Source: a virus. Taken from it: 64,000 bases of DNA. The translations under genes and the position numbers were made by a program. The stretch is from positions 96,001 through 160,000 of IMG/VR virus record IMGVR_UViG_3300035180_002574; one strand, written 5' to 3'. Shown here in pieces: positions 10,001 through 19,907 of the stretch (position 1 is the stretch's first letter; each line of letters opens with the position of its first letter). Under the pieces are notes generated by a model. The model made no database searches. It was given only the letters and a program-made list of their open reading frames with translations, and had not been told where the DNA came from.

Positions 10001-12092
10001 ATGTATTTGTGTTTCCTACTTTATTTTTATCATTCATAGATAATGAACTGCCAAACTGAGTAAATACGCCTATACCTTCTTTCCATTTGTAAACTAATCC
10101 GTCTGGAGCATAATACGTTCTAGTTAGGTTTCCAGTAATTGGGTCTATGCTTTGATCATGAACTATATTGTTGCTGGTCGCGGCATTTCCTGCATATGGT
10201 CCCGCTTTTAATTTAACTATAGTTCCTTTGGTATCGGCGCCCGAAGGGCTTAATAGATATTCATTTTCTGTTAATAATTTAGGAAGCTGATCAGAGGAAT
10301 TATTGGTAATGGTATCAAAATTTGTTTTGAATGGAGTTAGTGGATCATAAATTGCTCCATTAAAATTATCGGCGCCCGGCTTAAAATTGATTTGCCCTTG
10401 ATCGAAATAATAGGTATTGTCTCTTCCACTAACACTAACACTAAACTTGCCATCATGCCAGCTATCTCTAGCGGACTCTATTACCCCAGCTATGACATGA
10501 GTTCCTTCACGTTCATTAACGAATTGATTTCTCATAATTGCCCAAAGATAATTTGGGAAATCAGACCCTACATATATAGATTTTTCTAGTTGAATATTTA
10601 TATCACTTGGATGAAATGCTAAATTAAAAGAGCTTTTCAAATCCGTAAATGTTTTATTGAGATTTTGTAAAATACCATTACCAGTAAACATATTATTAAG
10701 ACCAGATAATAACTTATTATCGAATCTGCTTTTGGAGCTTAAATAAATATGAACAACGTCCATAGGCTGGATTATTTGTTTGCCTGCGAAATTGAATCTT
10801 AATTTTCTTCTAGCATAATTAGTATTTTTGTTATTTACTATTATGGCATTTCTTGAATTAGACTCTAATTGTATTTTAGAATAAATGGCAACGATTACTG
10901 ATTTAAAAGCGCTCAATTCGTCGCCCGATTCTAGCCCATCAAATCCTGCAACTTCTCCATCTTTAAGATATTCGTCCGCTATCGTTACACTATTAGGAGA
11001 TGATCCGCCCAATCCAGGAAAGCCCGTTCCTCCAGTAGAATCATAAGAAAATACTAATTCAATACCAGACCTTGCAATAACTGTAGTAACTCTTTGACCT
11101 AATAAAGTATCTGGGCTAACATAAAAATCAATAGCGCTTGCTTTCCTGGCAGCTCTCATTTTATTCAATCGAGCTTTATTACTGTCTATGATTTGTTCTA
11201 CGCTTGTTTGTCCAAATTGATAGCTCTTATGTTTATAGAAAGAATTTGAAGCATCACTAATTGCTTTTTCAATATCCCATTCAGTTATCAACATTGCTTG
11301 ATAGGGATCTACAATAGAAAATGAGAAACCCCCATCCATATTAGTGGATGTATTTGTAGTTAAACTGGTAAAATTAGTTATTTCGATTGTTCCAGTTCCA
11401 GTACCTAACGTAGTTTTATATAACCCATTAGGATCAGTGATCCAGGTAGTTAATTTGTTGGAAGAATTAAATGAATAGACCTTTCTCATACGATCTATCA
11501 CTTTTACTAATTTACCAAAATCCATAGTTAAAAATGGATTATTTGATCCAAACCCTCTAATTGATAATTGAGTTCCTGGTACAATACCACTACCATTAGC
11601 AAACGCATCTGTTAATGTATCGGTAATAGAAAATAAAATGGGCATCAGCTGTGCATCCAATTGACCCACAGCTGAGGATATTTTTTCTAACTTGGCAAGT
11701 TTTTCTAATGCTGCAATTTGATTAGATTTGTTTTGAAATAAAATGCGCATGGCACGGAAATAGAATTTTTCATCCCTATCCATAAAATCTGGTCTGAAAT
11801 TTTCCGCAACAGATGTAAACATTCTCTTTTTTAGAAGAATGGTTCCCGAAGGTTCTTGCATAAGAATTTCAAATTGTTTTGGATCTGTATTGTAAGGGTC
11901 TCTTCTTAGATATCCTTCTTCAACATATCTTCTTTCAGCAGACTGATCAAAATGTTGAGCAAAATCCCCTAATGAACCATACTTTTGTTGTTTTCCCGTA
12001 ACTGGATCAATAATATCCAAAGAATGGTTATTATTATCCCCCAAAGAATATTGAGAAGAAATTTGATCTGCTAATTTAGCCAAAAAACTCAT
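7050..12092 (-). CDS. Baseplate hub protein (gp27/gpD-like) with large insertions
   Basis: 1680 aa. Hub-type signatures QPMDVVHIYL, SVSVSGRD, EVFADTQGHIRVRPP, GTVTISGNEYMQPGEVVFI...FYVTKVTHTF...FTTQLDLSYG. Confidence 0.7.
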   Translation of the reverse strand: MSFLAKLADQISSQYSLGDNNNHSLDIIDPVTGKQQKYGSLGDFAQHFDQSAERRYVEEGYLRRDPYNTDPKQFEILMQEPSGTILLKKRMFTSVAENFRPDFMDRDEKFYFRAMRILFQNKSNQIAALEKLAKLEKISSAVGQLDAQLMPILFSITDTLTDAFANGSGIVPGTQLSIRGFGSNNPFLTMDFGKLVKVIDRMRKVYSFNSSNKLTTWITDPNGLYKTTLGTGTGTIEITNFTSLTTNTSTNMDGGFSFSIVDPYQAMLITEWDIEKAISDASNSFYKHKSYQFGQTSVEQIIDSNKARLNKMRAARKASAIDFYVSPDTLLGQRVTTVIARSGIELVFSYDSTGGTGFPGLGGSSPNSVTIADEYLKDGEVAGFDGLESGDELSAFKSVIVAIYSKIQLESNSRNAIIVNNKNTNYARRKLRFNFAGKQIIQPMDVVHIYLSSKSRFDNKLLSGLNNMFTGNGILQNLNKTFTDLKSSFNLAFHPSDINIQLEKSIYVGSDFPNYLWAIMRNQFVNEREGTHVIAGVIESARDSWHDGKFSVSVSGRDNTYYFDQGQINFKPGADNFNGAIYDPLTPFKTNFDTITNNSSDQLPKLLTENEYLLSPSGADTKGTIVKLKAGPYAGNAATSNNIVHDQSIDPITGNLTRTYYAPDGLVYKWKEGIGVFTQFGSSLSMNDKNKVGNTNTYIEPLAGQDIMNTLSLLITGQPYNFATYWKAAVELHGFSNDPQTLQNPAHSFITSLRQDLTKSNMLWGNFIPFKTLSINEQAYVQALNNTYQITTANKKIEENLKLLSDLNSQAETFGVLNILDPSVNIADTMADIKAQKDVLLKDVQNQIEDVINKSKNVNYVSYIGNDTSFDFNQFVDSSAASKQSADPEFRRNLRRQINQLTRRMSYDVRANSDKNLFIVDDFYDKDYDILAFDKAIAGGTALYNQEFTSTKQRIQQVAHLLNLEVFADTQGHIRVRPPQYNRMPSSVFYRMMYLKQTLGIQVFPEFLSDLFNGQLKTLRERVEILEDGIRLDCAVLGFNDDKSAIGFISGSGASSNTSDSAFLFLSDANTGSVSDVASLLKSANPDTQDSKRDQSFNALKQQVSSTKAVYTNGDRYNSLVKFLKDTSTVGGSLGATKSFESNSYVDDLISRIQTKSGQRIPRTYFEYNNGKSAPGAELPNYTKIDYFKVTSDLADKIKERQKVLKLLYSSLKNANEFKSLDEDNGKVANRLMAPGLFGNKNIPEVFEHMIEDEGYDDYGLGSGSRYIIKRSQIRDISIWENPPDYSMVEVHGYINDFASQSDNNVQGLDVPNFGNGMTSAVAIDYDMWRNYGLKHPAPITVPFLKDPVSQCAPFATMLLSMARKNIFRGTVTISGNEYMQPGEVVFIEDRGMLFYVTKVTHTFSYAATGGSFTTQLDLSYGHTPGEYIPTTLDIFGKLIYKNKDIASFTVQRQSGVTDDISMGVLVRPENPNKSGSAVGGQDSVPPTPLSEENSTVINNILFTVANVINGNNTRGNNYLAKLELRLYYDDIVGQPDPDLKNFANIVRGVFVGNNNPKQANNPPPLGDGYVQITFVNMSSENEFRSPSQKAIDYSRNQINSVSVSGGGASPPTNTSDGGNPITPTSGKDNSGSSGNVKVEHDKLRISLFKYIIDCWVTFTNVGITPTNTNSSTSGSSNAT

Positions 12093-12101
12093 TAATTGCC
12101 T

Positions 12102-12968
12102 TTAAAATGCTACATTTTTAATGTCATCCAAGTTAAATGAACTTGGAGTTCCATATTGGCTTGGACCTTGTGTCGGTGTACGATGGAATGGAAAGTAATT
12201 AGTTCTATATCCTCTTCTTTGAGTTGCAATGAATGTCATATCATAGTTCCACAAAAAATTATCAGCAGCTTCAGTGACCGTCATATTTTCAAAATAGCCA
12301 CGATACACCCAGCCACCATAATACATTTCCACTCCGAAAGCTAATTGGGCTAATGAAGTTATGTTTTGTGCGCTCAAAGTATTTTGAGGCGAATTCATTC
12401 CTAAAATACTACCCAATAAATTACTTCCGGCTGAGGACCCTGAAGTTCCACCAATAAGACCTCCTACAGCGCCCCCAATGCCATTTATTAAATTGCCTGA
12501 AAGATCTGCCGAGGCGTTGTTGGCGGCTAATGTTAATCCCACAGAATCGAAGGCATATTGTTCTGAGCGATAGATTTCATAAAGCATATTTATGCCCTCT
12601 ACGCCAGAACTACCAGTAGTGCCATTGATTGCGATGCTGGTTAAATCCTCTCCCCAATATTGTAGAGTGAATCCGCCTTTAGTTCTATCTTTAGATATAG
12701 CCTTTCTATGCGTATATATTATTCTGGATGGATTAACATACATTCTTACAATTCCAAATTCTGGAACAAACCAAGTTATTATATTTCTTTTAGTTTGACC
12801 ACTATTATAGGATGGTACCTTAGTGTATGGAAGACCATTACCATCCGCAGAAAATGTAGATGGCAATAAAAATCCATCATTTTTAAATTGATTCCGCTGC
12901 GAAGGATCAAGTGGTGTGTTATTATTAATGAAGTCTTGTGTAGCATTCAAAGAGTCTAAAATGGACAT
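12102..12968 (-). CDS. Tail tube initiator / baseplate hub-tube junction protein
   Basis: 288 aa, MYVNPSRI...KDRTKGGFTLQYWGEDLTSIAINGTTG...YRGYFENMTVTE..DNFLWNYDMTF; directly after the tape measure. Confidence 0.65.
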   Translation of the reverse strand: MSILDSLNATQDFINNNTPLDPSQRNQFKNDGFLLPSTFSADGNGLPYTKVPSYNSGQTKRNIITWFVPEFGIVRMYVNPSRIIYTHRKAISKDRTKGGFTLQYWGEDLTSIAINGTTGSSGVEGINMLYEIYRSEQYAFDSVGLTLAANNASADLSGNLINGIGGAVGGLIGGTSGSSAGSNLLGSILGMNSPQNTLSAQNITSLAQLAFGVEMYYGGWVYRGYFENMTVTEAADNFLWNYDMTFIATQRRGYRTNYFPFHRTPTQGPSQYGTPSSFNLDDIKNVAF

Positions 12969-12984
12969 ATAAGTTCCTTATTAT

Positions 12985-15249
12985 TTAGATTTTTCCATTT
13001 ATAGGTAAGACCGCTTTTGCTTGCTCATCTTCCAAACGATCGCCGCAATTGATACAATATCCAGTTATTCTAACGTCTAATGCTCCAGAAACCGGAATTG
13101 GTCTGTCAGCAGTCATTAAACCATTATCGGCACCACCAGGAGTACCAGCTGTCGCCATTCTATTTCTAACAGCAACTGAGGTTGCAGATTTCAACCCACC
13201 ACCAGGACTATAAACTTCTCCTGCAACTTGGAAGGATTCTGCGCCACCAATCGGAGGCATGTTGGCGCCTAAAACAGCTTTTGCTTGATCCAATAATCTT
13301 TCTTCCTCCACAATAGCTTTTCTGGCAGCCGCTTGCTTTTCTTTTGGAAGAGCTTTCATCTTAGCTTTTTCAATTTCGATTTGTTTTCTTAAATTTTCAA
13401 CTTCAGCCGCCAAAGCTTTTTTGTCATTTGGAGTAACAAGTGCTGCTTGTAAATGACTAACAGTTTCAGACATATTAGTTGATAAATTATTATAAAATGA
13501 TTTGAAGTTCTGTATATTTTTGATTACACTAGCTGATCTTGTGTCTCCGACCAATCCACTTTTAACTGCAGCGGCATAATTATCAACATCAGCGCCGCCC
13601 CCGGCGGCACCTTCTCTCATAAAAGTTTTAGTAGAATTTTTTGCGCCCATAGATTCAGTTGCAAGTCCATAATTAATGACGCCTGCAGTACGTTGAGTAG
13701 ATTCCATAATAGAGCGCATAACGCTAATATCAGTGCCCATTTTTTCTTGTATTTTAGTTCCCTTATCTATACTATCGCCTAAAATGTCTTCTTTCAAAGC
13801 CCCTGGTTTAATTTTTCCAGTATCCAATCCCTTCATAGCTTCTAACATTCTATAGGCGTCCTGATCTGATTTAACCATACTACCCAAGGGACCCGATTTC
13901 ATGATTTGGATTTGTCTAGTTAGTTGGGCGGCGGCGCCTTGATTAGAAGATGCCTCATCTAGAGTAACAATGTTTCCAAGCTGTTGTCTCATTTGATCGC
14001 GCATTTTGGTTAATACACCAGTAAAATCTCCGTCGCGCATCATCTTTTCAATTTGAAATGCCCCCATTAATCCGCCAGGTCCACCAGTTTGAGCGGAAAG
14101 AAATGCTTTTTGCTGAATATTCATTCCAGCAATCGCATCTTCCATTCCTCTCATAACATCAAGGGCATGTGTTCCTGACATTCCCGTTGCTTTTAATGCT
14201 TGCACATATTCATTGGTAGCCTTAGCCAAACCTTCTGCCATCCTTGCTGATTTTTCTCCAACATCAGCAAATCGAGCAAAGGCGCCAGCAGCGCTAGTAA
14301 GATTACTTGTTACTGTCTGAAGATCTACTCCAAGATTATTTGCAACCTCTCCCATTCTGGCTGAAAATTTTAAAGCATCTTCACCAACTAAACCATAATT
14401 TTTAAAGGCTACCGTTAAATCAGATACTATTTCTTTAAAATCCCTTCCAGTTCCCTGAGATAATTTAATAGCGGCTGTTAACATATTCATGGTTTTACCA
14501 GATGTTTCTGTTACATGAATCATAGATTCAAAAGCTCCTGGAATTTTCCCTAATTCCATATAATACTTTTCAACATGTTCAGCAGACAAAAGAGTTGCTC
14601 TAGATGCCGCATTAATATAGTCGCTTTGTCTATTAACGATTTCGTTTAAACCCTTTAATTCCGGACCTGCTGCGGAAAACACCCTTCCTAAATTGCCTGT
14701 TTGGGCAGACAACGCAATGAACTCTTTTTGTAATCTAGCTGCATTATCAGCAGACAGTGCCAAACGTTCAACATAATCCATAAGTGCAGCGCCACCAGTT
14801 TTTAATTTCTCAATTGGGATAGAATGACCTAAAGTTTTAGCAAAACCAGCTAATTTAGCAATAGCTCCGCCATTTTGTTGAATGTCGTATGTAAGATATT
14901 TTAATTGCTCTGAGAATCCTGCGCCCTCTAATTGAACTCCGGAAAATGCGGCACGAACACCTATCAAACCATTAGTTAATAATCCAAATTGATTAATTTG
15001 TTGCTCATTTATGTGACCAACTTTTGCAACGTTATTCATAAAACCGGAATAAGATGTTGATAAGTTGTCCATCGCATATTTTAATTTAGAAGTAGTGTCT
15101 CCAAATGCATTTAAGAAAGAATTACTTCTAGCTAATGTATCTGAAAGTCCTTTTAATGAAGTATTGGCTTGATCTGTGGCAAGCGCATAATTCTTCATTG
15201 TAGCGACATCAGAGTCGCTCATTGTTTTGAGACCATTATCATCAGCCAT
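12985..15249 (-). CDS. Tape measure protein
   Basis: 754-aa Ala/Gly-rich alpha-helical protein between the tail chaperones and baseplate hub genes (canonical synteny). Confidence 0.8.
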   Translation of the reverse strand: MADDNGLKTMSDSDVATMKNYALATDQANTSLKGLSDTLARSNSFLNAFGDTTSKLKYAMDNLSTSYSGFMNNVAKVGHINEQQINQFGLLTNGLIGVRAAFSGVQLEGAGFSEQLKYLTYDIQQNGGAIAKLAGFAKTLGHSIPIEKLKTGGAALMDYVERLALSADNAARLQKEFIALSAQTGNLGRVFSAAGPELKGLNEIVNRQSDYINAASRATLLSAEHVEKYYMELGKIPGAFESMIHVTETSGKTMNMLTAAIKLSQGTGRDFKEIVSDLTVAFKNYGLVGEDALKFSARMGEVANNLGVDLQTVTSNLTSAAGAFARFADVGEKSARMAEGLAKATNEYVQALKATGMSGTHALDVMRGMEDAIAGMNIQQKAFLSAQTGGPGGLMGAFQIEKMMRDGDFTGVLTKMRDQMRQQLGNIVTLDEASSNQGAAAQLTRQIQIMKSGPLGSMVKSDQDAYRMLEAMKGLDTGKIKPGALKEDILGDSIDKGTKIQEKMGTDISVMRSIMESTQRTAGVINYGLATESMGAKNSTKTFMREGAAGGGADVDNYAAAVKSGLVGDTRSASVIKNIQNFKSFYNNLSTNMSETVSHLQAALVTPNDKKALAAEVENLRKQIEIEKAKMKALPKEKQAAARKAIVEEERLLDQAKAVLGANMPPIGGAESFQVAGEVYSPGGGLKSATSVAVRNRMATAGTPGGADNGLMTADRPIPVSGALDVRITGYCINCGDRLEDEQAKAVLPINGKI

Positions 15250-15252
15250 TTA

Positions 15253-15606
15253 TTATTCCTTTAGTTTATGTCTTCTACGACGATTGCCTTTGGACTTTTC
15301 TACCTCATGTGCATCTTTGCCAGCTTCCATAACCATGCGGGTTGATTCCTCGAATTCTTCATCAGTTGATTCGTGAGTGCCCTGGTCTAACAAACTTTTA
15401 ACAGCTTCAGGATTAAAGAAAGATCCCACTAAATATGCGTGATTTTTAGCTAGTTCCATCCGATCTTTTTGATCAGCAAGCCAATGATTGAACATGTACC
15501 ATTTCTGAACCGGATCCATATCCACTATTTTAGGATCATCTGGCGTTGTATGGAAAATTTCTTTGCAAAGAAACCATATAAATCGATGGTCCGGTTCAAA
15601 TATTAT
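15253..15606 (-). CDS. Tail assembly chaperone GT extension (-1 frameshift ORF)
   Basis: The -1 frame is open from the A AAA AAA heptamer (15612-15606): IIFEPDHRFIWFLCKEIFHTTPDDPKIVDMDPVQKWYMFNHW..., in frame with the ORF-track 15253..15525 ORF. Confidence 0.8.
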   Translation of the reverse strand: MIFEPDHRFIWFLCKEIFHTTPDDPKIVDMDPVQKWYMFNHWLADQKDRMELAKNHAYLVGSFFNPEAVKSLLDQGTHESTDEEFEESTRMVMEAGKDAHEVEKSKGNRRRRHKLKE

Positions 15607-16259
15607 TTTTTTAGGTCTTCCAAGACCTCTTTCACGTCTTCTTCCGTCTTAAGAGAAAACTTCTCTCGTGCGGATTTAGATAATTCTAAATACTGATCAT
15701 ATAAATAATTTAATAACGATTCATCAAGCTCTTCGATGAATGACAATTTAGTTTCTAATGAGTCGGTAGCTAAAAATACGCTTATTTCTACTCCGGCAAT
15801 ATGAGTTATTGATCTGGCTAAAAATTGTTTTCTCATTTCAAATGGACCCTCAATGGTACCATCAAATTTAGACACTGCTTTGATAGTTTCGCGCATTTCT
15901 TTTCCACGAAGAGTTTGTAGGGTGAAAACATTTCCATTAATATCAACATCTTTAGTTAATTTGGTCATGCCAATCAACATTTCAATACGACGTTTAGCCC
16001 CTTCACTTATTTTTTCAATTCCTGTTCTACGCGCTTCTTTTGCTGCTCTAATTTGTTCCTCAACACGACTTACTTCAGGACGCTCCGCAACTTCTACCTT
16101 GTTTTGGAACTCTCTAATTGCACTTTCATCTAATGAAGGCATGCCACTTTGCTGCATTCTCTGATGTAAATGTTGTACTGTTTCATCTGGAATATCGATT
16201 TCTCGTAGTTGTTGACCAGAAAAATTCTTTTTACCTAACGGACTATCAAAATTAGCCAT
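15603..16259 (-). CDS. Tail assembly chaperone (gpG-like)
   Basis: 218 aa from ATG 16259 (GGAG SD 7 nt upstream; the ORF-track start at 16307 is probably too long). Ends ...LEDLKK on a slippery heptamer; lies between tube and tape measure. Confidence 0.8.
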   Translation of the reverse strand: MANFDSPLGKKNFSGQQLREIDIPDETVQHLHQRMQQSGMPSLDESAIREFQNKVEVAERPEVSRVEEQIRAAKEARRTGIEKISEGAKRRIEMLIGMTKLTKDVDINGNVFTLQTLRGKEMRETIKAVSKFDGTIEGPFEMRKQFLARSITHIAGVEISVFLATDSLETKLSFIEELDESLLNYLYDQYLELSKSAREKFSLKTEEDVKEVLEDLKK

Positions 16260-16263
16260 ATTT

Positions 16264-16338
16264 AAACTCCATAAATATAAAACTCCCTGCAAATATATAT
16301 ATATCAATTGCGGGGAGTTTATAATTATTAGGGAGTTT
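16264..16338 (-). promoter_or_regulatory. Long imperfect hairpin covering the chaperone RBS
   Basis: mRNA arms AAACTCCCTAATAATTATAAACTCCCCGCAA and TTGCAGGGAGTTTTATATTTATGGAGTTT pair over about 29 nt. The outer right arm contains the GGAG SD of the 16259 gene. Confidence 0.7.
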
Positions 16339-16347
16339 CGTAATTTG

Positions 16348-16986
16348 TTAGAATAACATGCCAGTTGATCCTATATCAATAAGACCGGCAGCATCCAAAG
16401 AGCCTCTTCTTCCATTTGCTCCAGTATCTGTAAGTCTTTCAATTGAAAGATTGCTGAATGGAATTCCTCTTTCACCGCCCTGTGCAACTGGAACGCCGCT
16501 ACCAGAGGTAAGTACGCTATACATGGTTTCTGCTTCCCATGTCATGTTATCGGTGATAAGCCAGTTTTCAGAGCTGTATTCATAATCAAGTCCAGTAATC
16601 CATACGTTCTTAATTACAGTAGAGATTTGATTTGCAACATCTGCCTTTTGTTTATCAATAATTACGATATCAAAAGGATATGCTTGTGATTGAACGTGTA
16701 TAAAACCACGTCCGAAAGATTCGGCGATCCTTAACCTGTCAAATCTAACTCTTCTACAGGTGCCAGTAAAATTAGATGAACTAATTGGTACTGAGTCAAT
16801 ATGACCGTCGTTTCCAACTTCATCGATCATTTTTACTGATCTTTTTTCGCTTATGTTTAAAGATTGAATTGCTCCAACAGGCGTCTTTCCTACCAAAATA
16901 AGAATGTTGGTAGAAATTGCTGTGCTAGTTTTATTAGCACCTGACCCGAAAGTCAGTGTTGATTGTGTATTTGGTGCTAAAGCCAT
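16348..16986 (-). CDS. Tail tube protein
   Basis: 212 aa, VGAIQSLNISEKRSV..IDEVG.DG..DSVP...FDIVIID...TVIKNVWIT..DYEYS; directly after the sheath gene. Confidence 0.85.
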   Translation of the reverse strand: MALAPNTQSTLTFGSGANKTSTAISTNILILVGKTPVGAIQSLNISEKRSVKMIDEVGNDGHIDSVPISSSNFTGTCRRVRFDRLRIAESFGRGFIHVQSQAYPFDIVIIDKQKADVANQISTVIKNVWITGLDYEYSSENWLITDNMTWEAETMYSVLTSGSGVPVAQGGERGIPFSNLSIERLTDTGANGRRGSLDAAGLIDIGSTGMLF

Positions 16987-17003
16987 TTATATATTCTCCC
17001 TAA

Positions 17004-19769
17004 TTATAGTTGACCAAGACTTACTTTAATGTAAATGAAGTTAACTGGATAGGTTGGCTGTACTCTTACAGTGATGTTCCATTGTCTTGGATCTACATCA
17101 TCTTTCTTAACGACCAAGTCCTTATATGCAGTTAATAATCCTTGAGACGCAAGAGAATTCAATAATTGAACTGCCCTAGTATTCAAGATTGCCTGAGTAT
17201 CTGGGCTTTCTGCGGTTCCAATGAATCCTGCAAAGCCAGATCTCAAGAATTTTGCGATTCTATCTCTAATGAAAACAATAGAGATTTCTTGTTCCTCTGG
17301 ATATCCACTTTGAGTAGTTGTGATTCCCCAAACAACCCTTCCGCCACCAGAAACTGGTTGAACGGTTGTTACACCAGCTGAGGCTAATTGTTCCAAAGTA
17401 AAGGTTGAGAATTGCTTGTTTCTTAAAATAGTAAATCCAGTAAGAACCTTGTTAGTTAGAGGCTCTTCAATCTTGATTACTCCAGACAAATATCCGGCAG
17501 CAGCTGATGCAAGATAGAATCCATCGATTAAAACATTCTCGGTGCCTGCTTGAACAACTATCTGATCTGGATAGAAGTATACACATCTAAATGTATTTCC
17601 AAATGCATCGGCAACTGAGTAATTTGCTAGATCTTCAATATTTCCAGCCAAAATATCAGTAATGTTTTCGCCTTGAATTCCTTCAAGAACTCCAATATCT
17701 TCAACAGCAGCCAAAGTTGCTCCCGTCAAATTGCTTGGTGTTAATCCGTTGATTGCACCACAGAACAATACTCTTTCTTTCTTGTTCCTTATATTACTCA
17801 TCGTAATACAGTGAGTTAAAGCATTCTGGAAGATTGCACTGATGGTTTGTTTTGGAAGTGGTACAACAATATCGCATTCAACAACTTCTAATGAAGCCAA
17901 AGCGGCTGCCCATCCAGCATCGTAGAATGATGCTTCCTTTGCATCAACGATGGTAATCCTTAATCCATTTCCGTTTGGAACAACATTTTTGTTGATGACA
18001 ACATAATCACTAGTATCAGAAGGGTCTAATACTTCATATCTTAATCCGCTTTCGTTAACAAGACTCTTTTCAATAGTCACTGTATTCAATAATGGATTGT
18101 AAGATGTAATATCATACAAACCATTATTTGTAGCGGTTCCATTTATTCTGATTCTACGAGTTAGAATGTTGGAAATTGTGCTAAAATCTACTCCAGTTAA
18201 TGCGTTACTTGCAAGAGTTGCAGTTGCTGTGGTTAAGATAGCCGTAACAGAGCCGTCAGTTGCCGAAGCAAGAGGCAAGTCGGTTGATGCGTCAATTACC
18301 TGGAAAGCAACAGAGGTTTGTGTGGTGAAATCAGTAAATCCGCCGTGAGTGACATATAGTTGTCCACCAGAAACCGAATCGATGGTATAGGTTCCAATGT
18401 TTGCAACATTTTGCGCATCAATTACTTTCAAAGTCTTTCCAGCATATGTAGAATCGAAAGCGATTGAAGATCCAAACACTCCCTTATTAATAAAGGCGAG
18501 ATTACGTCCAATATGTCCATCAAATCCAGATGCAATTGTTGCTAAACTTTGTTTTACTGTATAAAAGAATGAATAACCGCCTGGGGCAGGAGTATTATTC
18601 ATGATAAAAGCATCTGTAGTTGGATGTCCAGGAGTATCTAAAGTATAATATGTTAACTTATTTGGAAGTATCTGAGTTTCTACGTTAGTAGAGTTATTTT
18701 TAACGAAGAAATGTATATTGGAATTAAAATCTGGGACAACACCAACTGGCAATGGAAAAATAAAATCGTCATCGCTGGTAGAATTGGAGTTGACAGCATC
18801 ACTTAATGTATAAGAAGTTCTTCTTGGCATTGGAGGTGCTGCCTGAACTGTAAGAATTGAAGGCGCACCATTATCAAAAGCCAATTGCGCGCCAAGTGAT
18901 AAATTGTTACTAACACTTGGGGTTCCGTGTCTCTTTAATACGTCATCCATTCCTAACATTAGGACTGGATCATTCAGGTTTGCAGAGGGAATATAGTTTG
19001 CGGTTAAACTGTCGCCTCTAACCAATACGCCGCTTGCCACTTTTATAGTAAAAGCGTCGCCCTCTCTAAATGGAGAAGTAGCTATCGACAAAACTTTAGT
19101 TTCGTCTATTGAGAAACTAAGAATTCCATTGGATACAACATTATTGTTGGCAGTCCAGATAATTGGGTTTCCATTTGCGTCTAACTTTGCTCCAGAAACA
19201 GATCCAATTGCGATAAACTTAGCGGTATCTTGAATTGGTTGATTTAATGGATTTCTTTGAACAGATACACATCTTACCGACCAAGTCTCTGGTGGAGCAT
19301 TTGGATCGACTAAAGTTAGTGAATTAATGACGCCCAATCCTACGTTTGTAGAAAGTGGTACATAAAAAGAGCCGCCCTGATCTACTAAGTGCGCTCTCTG
19401 CAACTCAACCTTGCCAGATGAGATATCGATTCTATAATCATATTTATTGCTAAATGGATTTCCATCAATTAAAGACTCTAGTCCAACCAATGATACGCCA
19501 TTTTTAAATAATGTTGTTCTATTGGAGATTAATGGAAAACTTGATAATTGAAAATGTCTACCGTCAGCACCTGTGGTTGATGTGTAGCTAGAATTCAAAC
19601 CATCTTTTCCGCCACCGTTAGCCTGTGACACGATAACTTCATCAGTTGACCCTTCACCAATTATTGCAGCTAAACGAGAACCTCCTGGAATTGCTACTCC
19701 GCGAGATTGAGTTACTACATCAGTAATAACGCTTGGTAGGATGTTTGTAGCTCCTTGTATATTTGCCAT
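17004..19769 (-). CDS. Contractile tail sheath protein with inserted beta-domains
   Basis: 921 aa from ATG 19769 (AAGGA SD). The C-terminal sheath domain (EPLTNKVLTGF...LEQLASAGVTTV...VVWGITT...EISIVFIRD...ITVRVQPTYPVNFIYIKV) is diagnostic. Confidence 0.92.
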   Translation of the reverse strand: MANIQGATNILPSVITDVVTQSRGVAIPGGSRLAAIIGEGSTDEVIVSQANGGGKDGLNSSYTSTTGADGRHFQLSSFPLISNRTTLFKNGVSLVGLESLIDGNPFSNKYDYRIDISSGKVELQRAHLVDQGGSFYVPLSTNVGLGVINSLTLVDPNAPPETWSVRCVSVQRNPLNQPIQDTAKFIAIGSVSGAKLDANGNPIIWTANNNVVSNGILSFSIDETKVLSIATSPFREGDAFTIKVASGVLVRGDSLTANYIPSANLNDPVLMLGMDDVLKRHGTPSVSNNLSLGAQLAFDNGAPSILTVQAAPPMPRRTSYTLSDAVNSNSTSDDDFIFPLPVGVVPDFNSNIHFFVKNNSTNVETQILPNKLTYYTLDTPGHPTTDAFIMNNTPAPGGYSFFYTVKQSLATIASGFDGHIGRNLAFINKGVFGSSIAFDSTYAGKTLKVIDAQNVANIGTYTIDSVSGGQLYVTHGGFTDFTTQTSVAFQVIDASTDLPLASATDGSVTAILTTATATLASNALTGVDFSTISNILTRRIRINGTATNNGLYDITSYNPLLNTVTIEKSLVNESGLRYEVLDPSDTSDYVVINKNVVPNGNGLRITIVDAKEASFYDAGWAAALASLEVVECDIVVPLPKQTISAIFQNALTHCITMSNIRNKKERVLFCGAINGLTPSNLTGATLAAVEDIGVLEGIQGENITDILAGNIEDLANYSVADAFGNTFRCVYFYPDQIVVQAGTENVLIDGFYLASAAAGYLSGVIKIEEPLTNKVLTGFTILRNKQFSTFTLEQLASAGVTTVQPVSGGGRVVWGITTTQSGYPEEQEISIVFIRDRIAKFLRSGFAGFIGTAESPDTQAILNTRAVQLLNSLASQGLLTAYKDLVVKKDDVDPRQWNITVRVQPTYPVNFIYIKVSLGQL

Positions 19770-19907
19770 ATTGAAATCCTTGTCACTCAGTTTGGTAGAT
19801 TGTATCATTAAAATGTAGTAATATTCATATTCTTAGAATATTATTTACTGCATTTTATTGTCTGTTTGATTCTAAACTTTATATTTTAGTCACTCAAATC
19901 CGACTTC

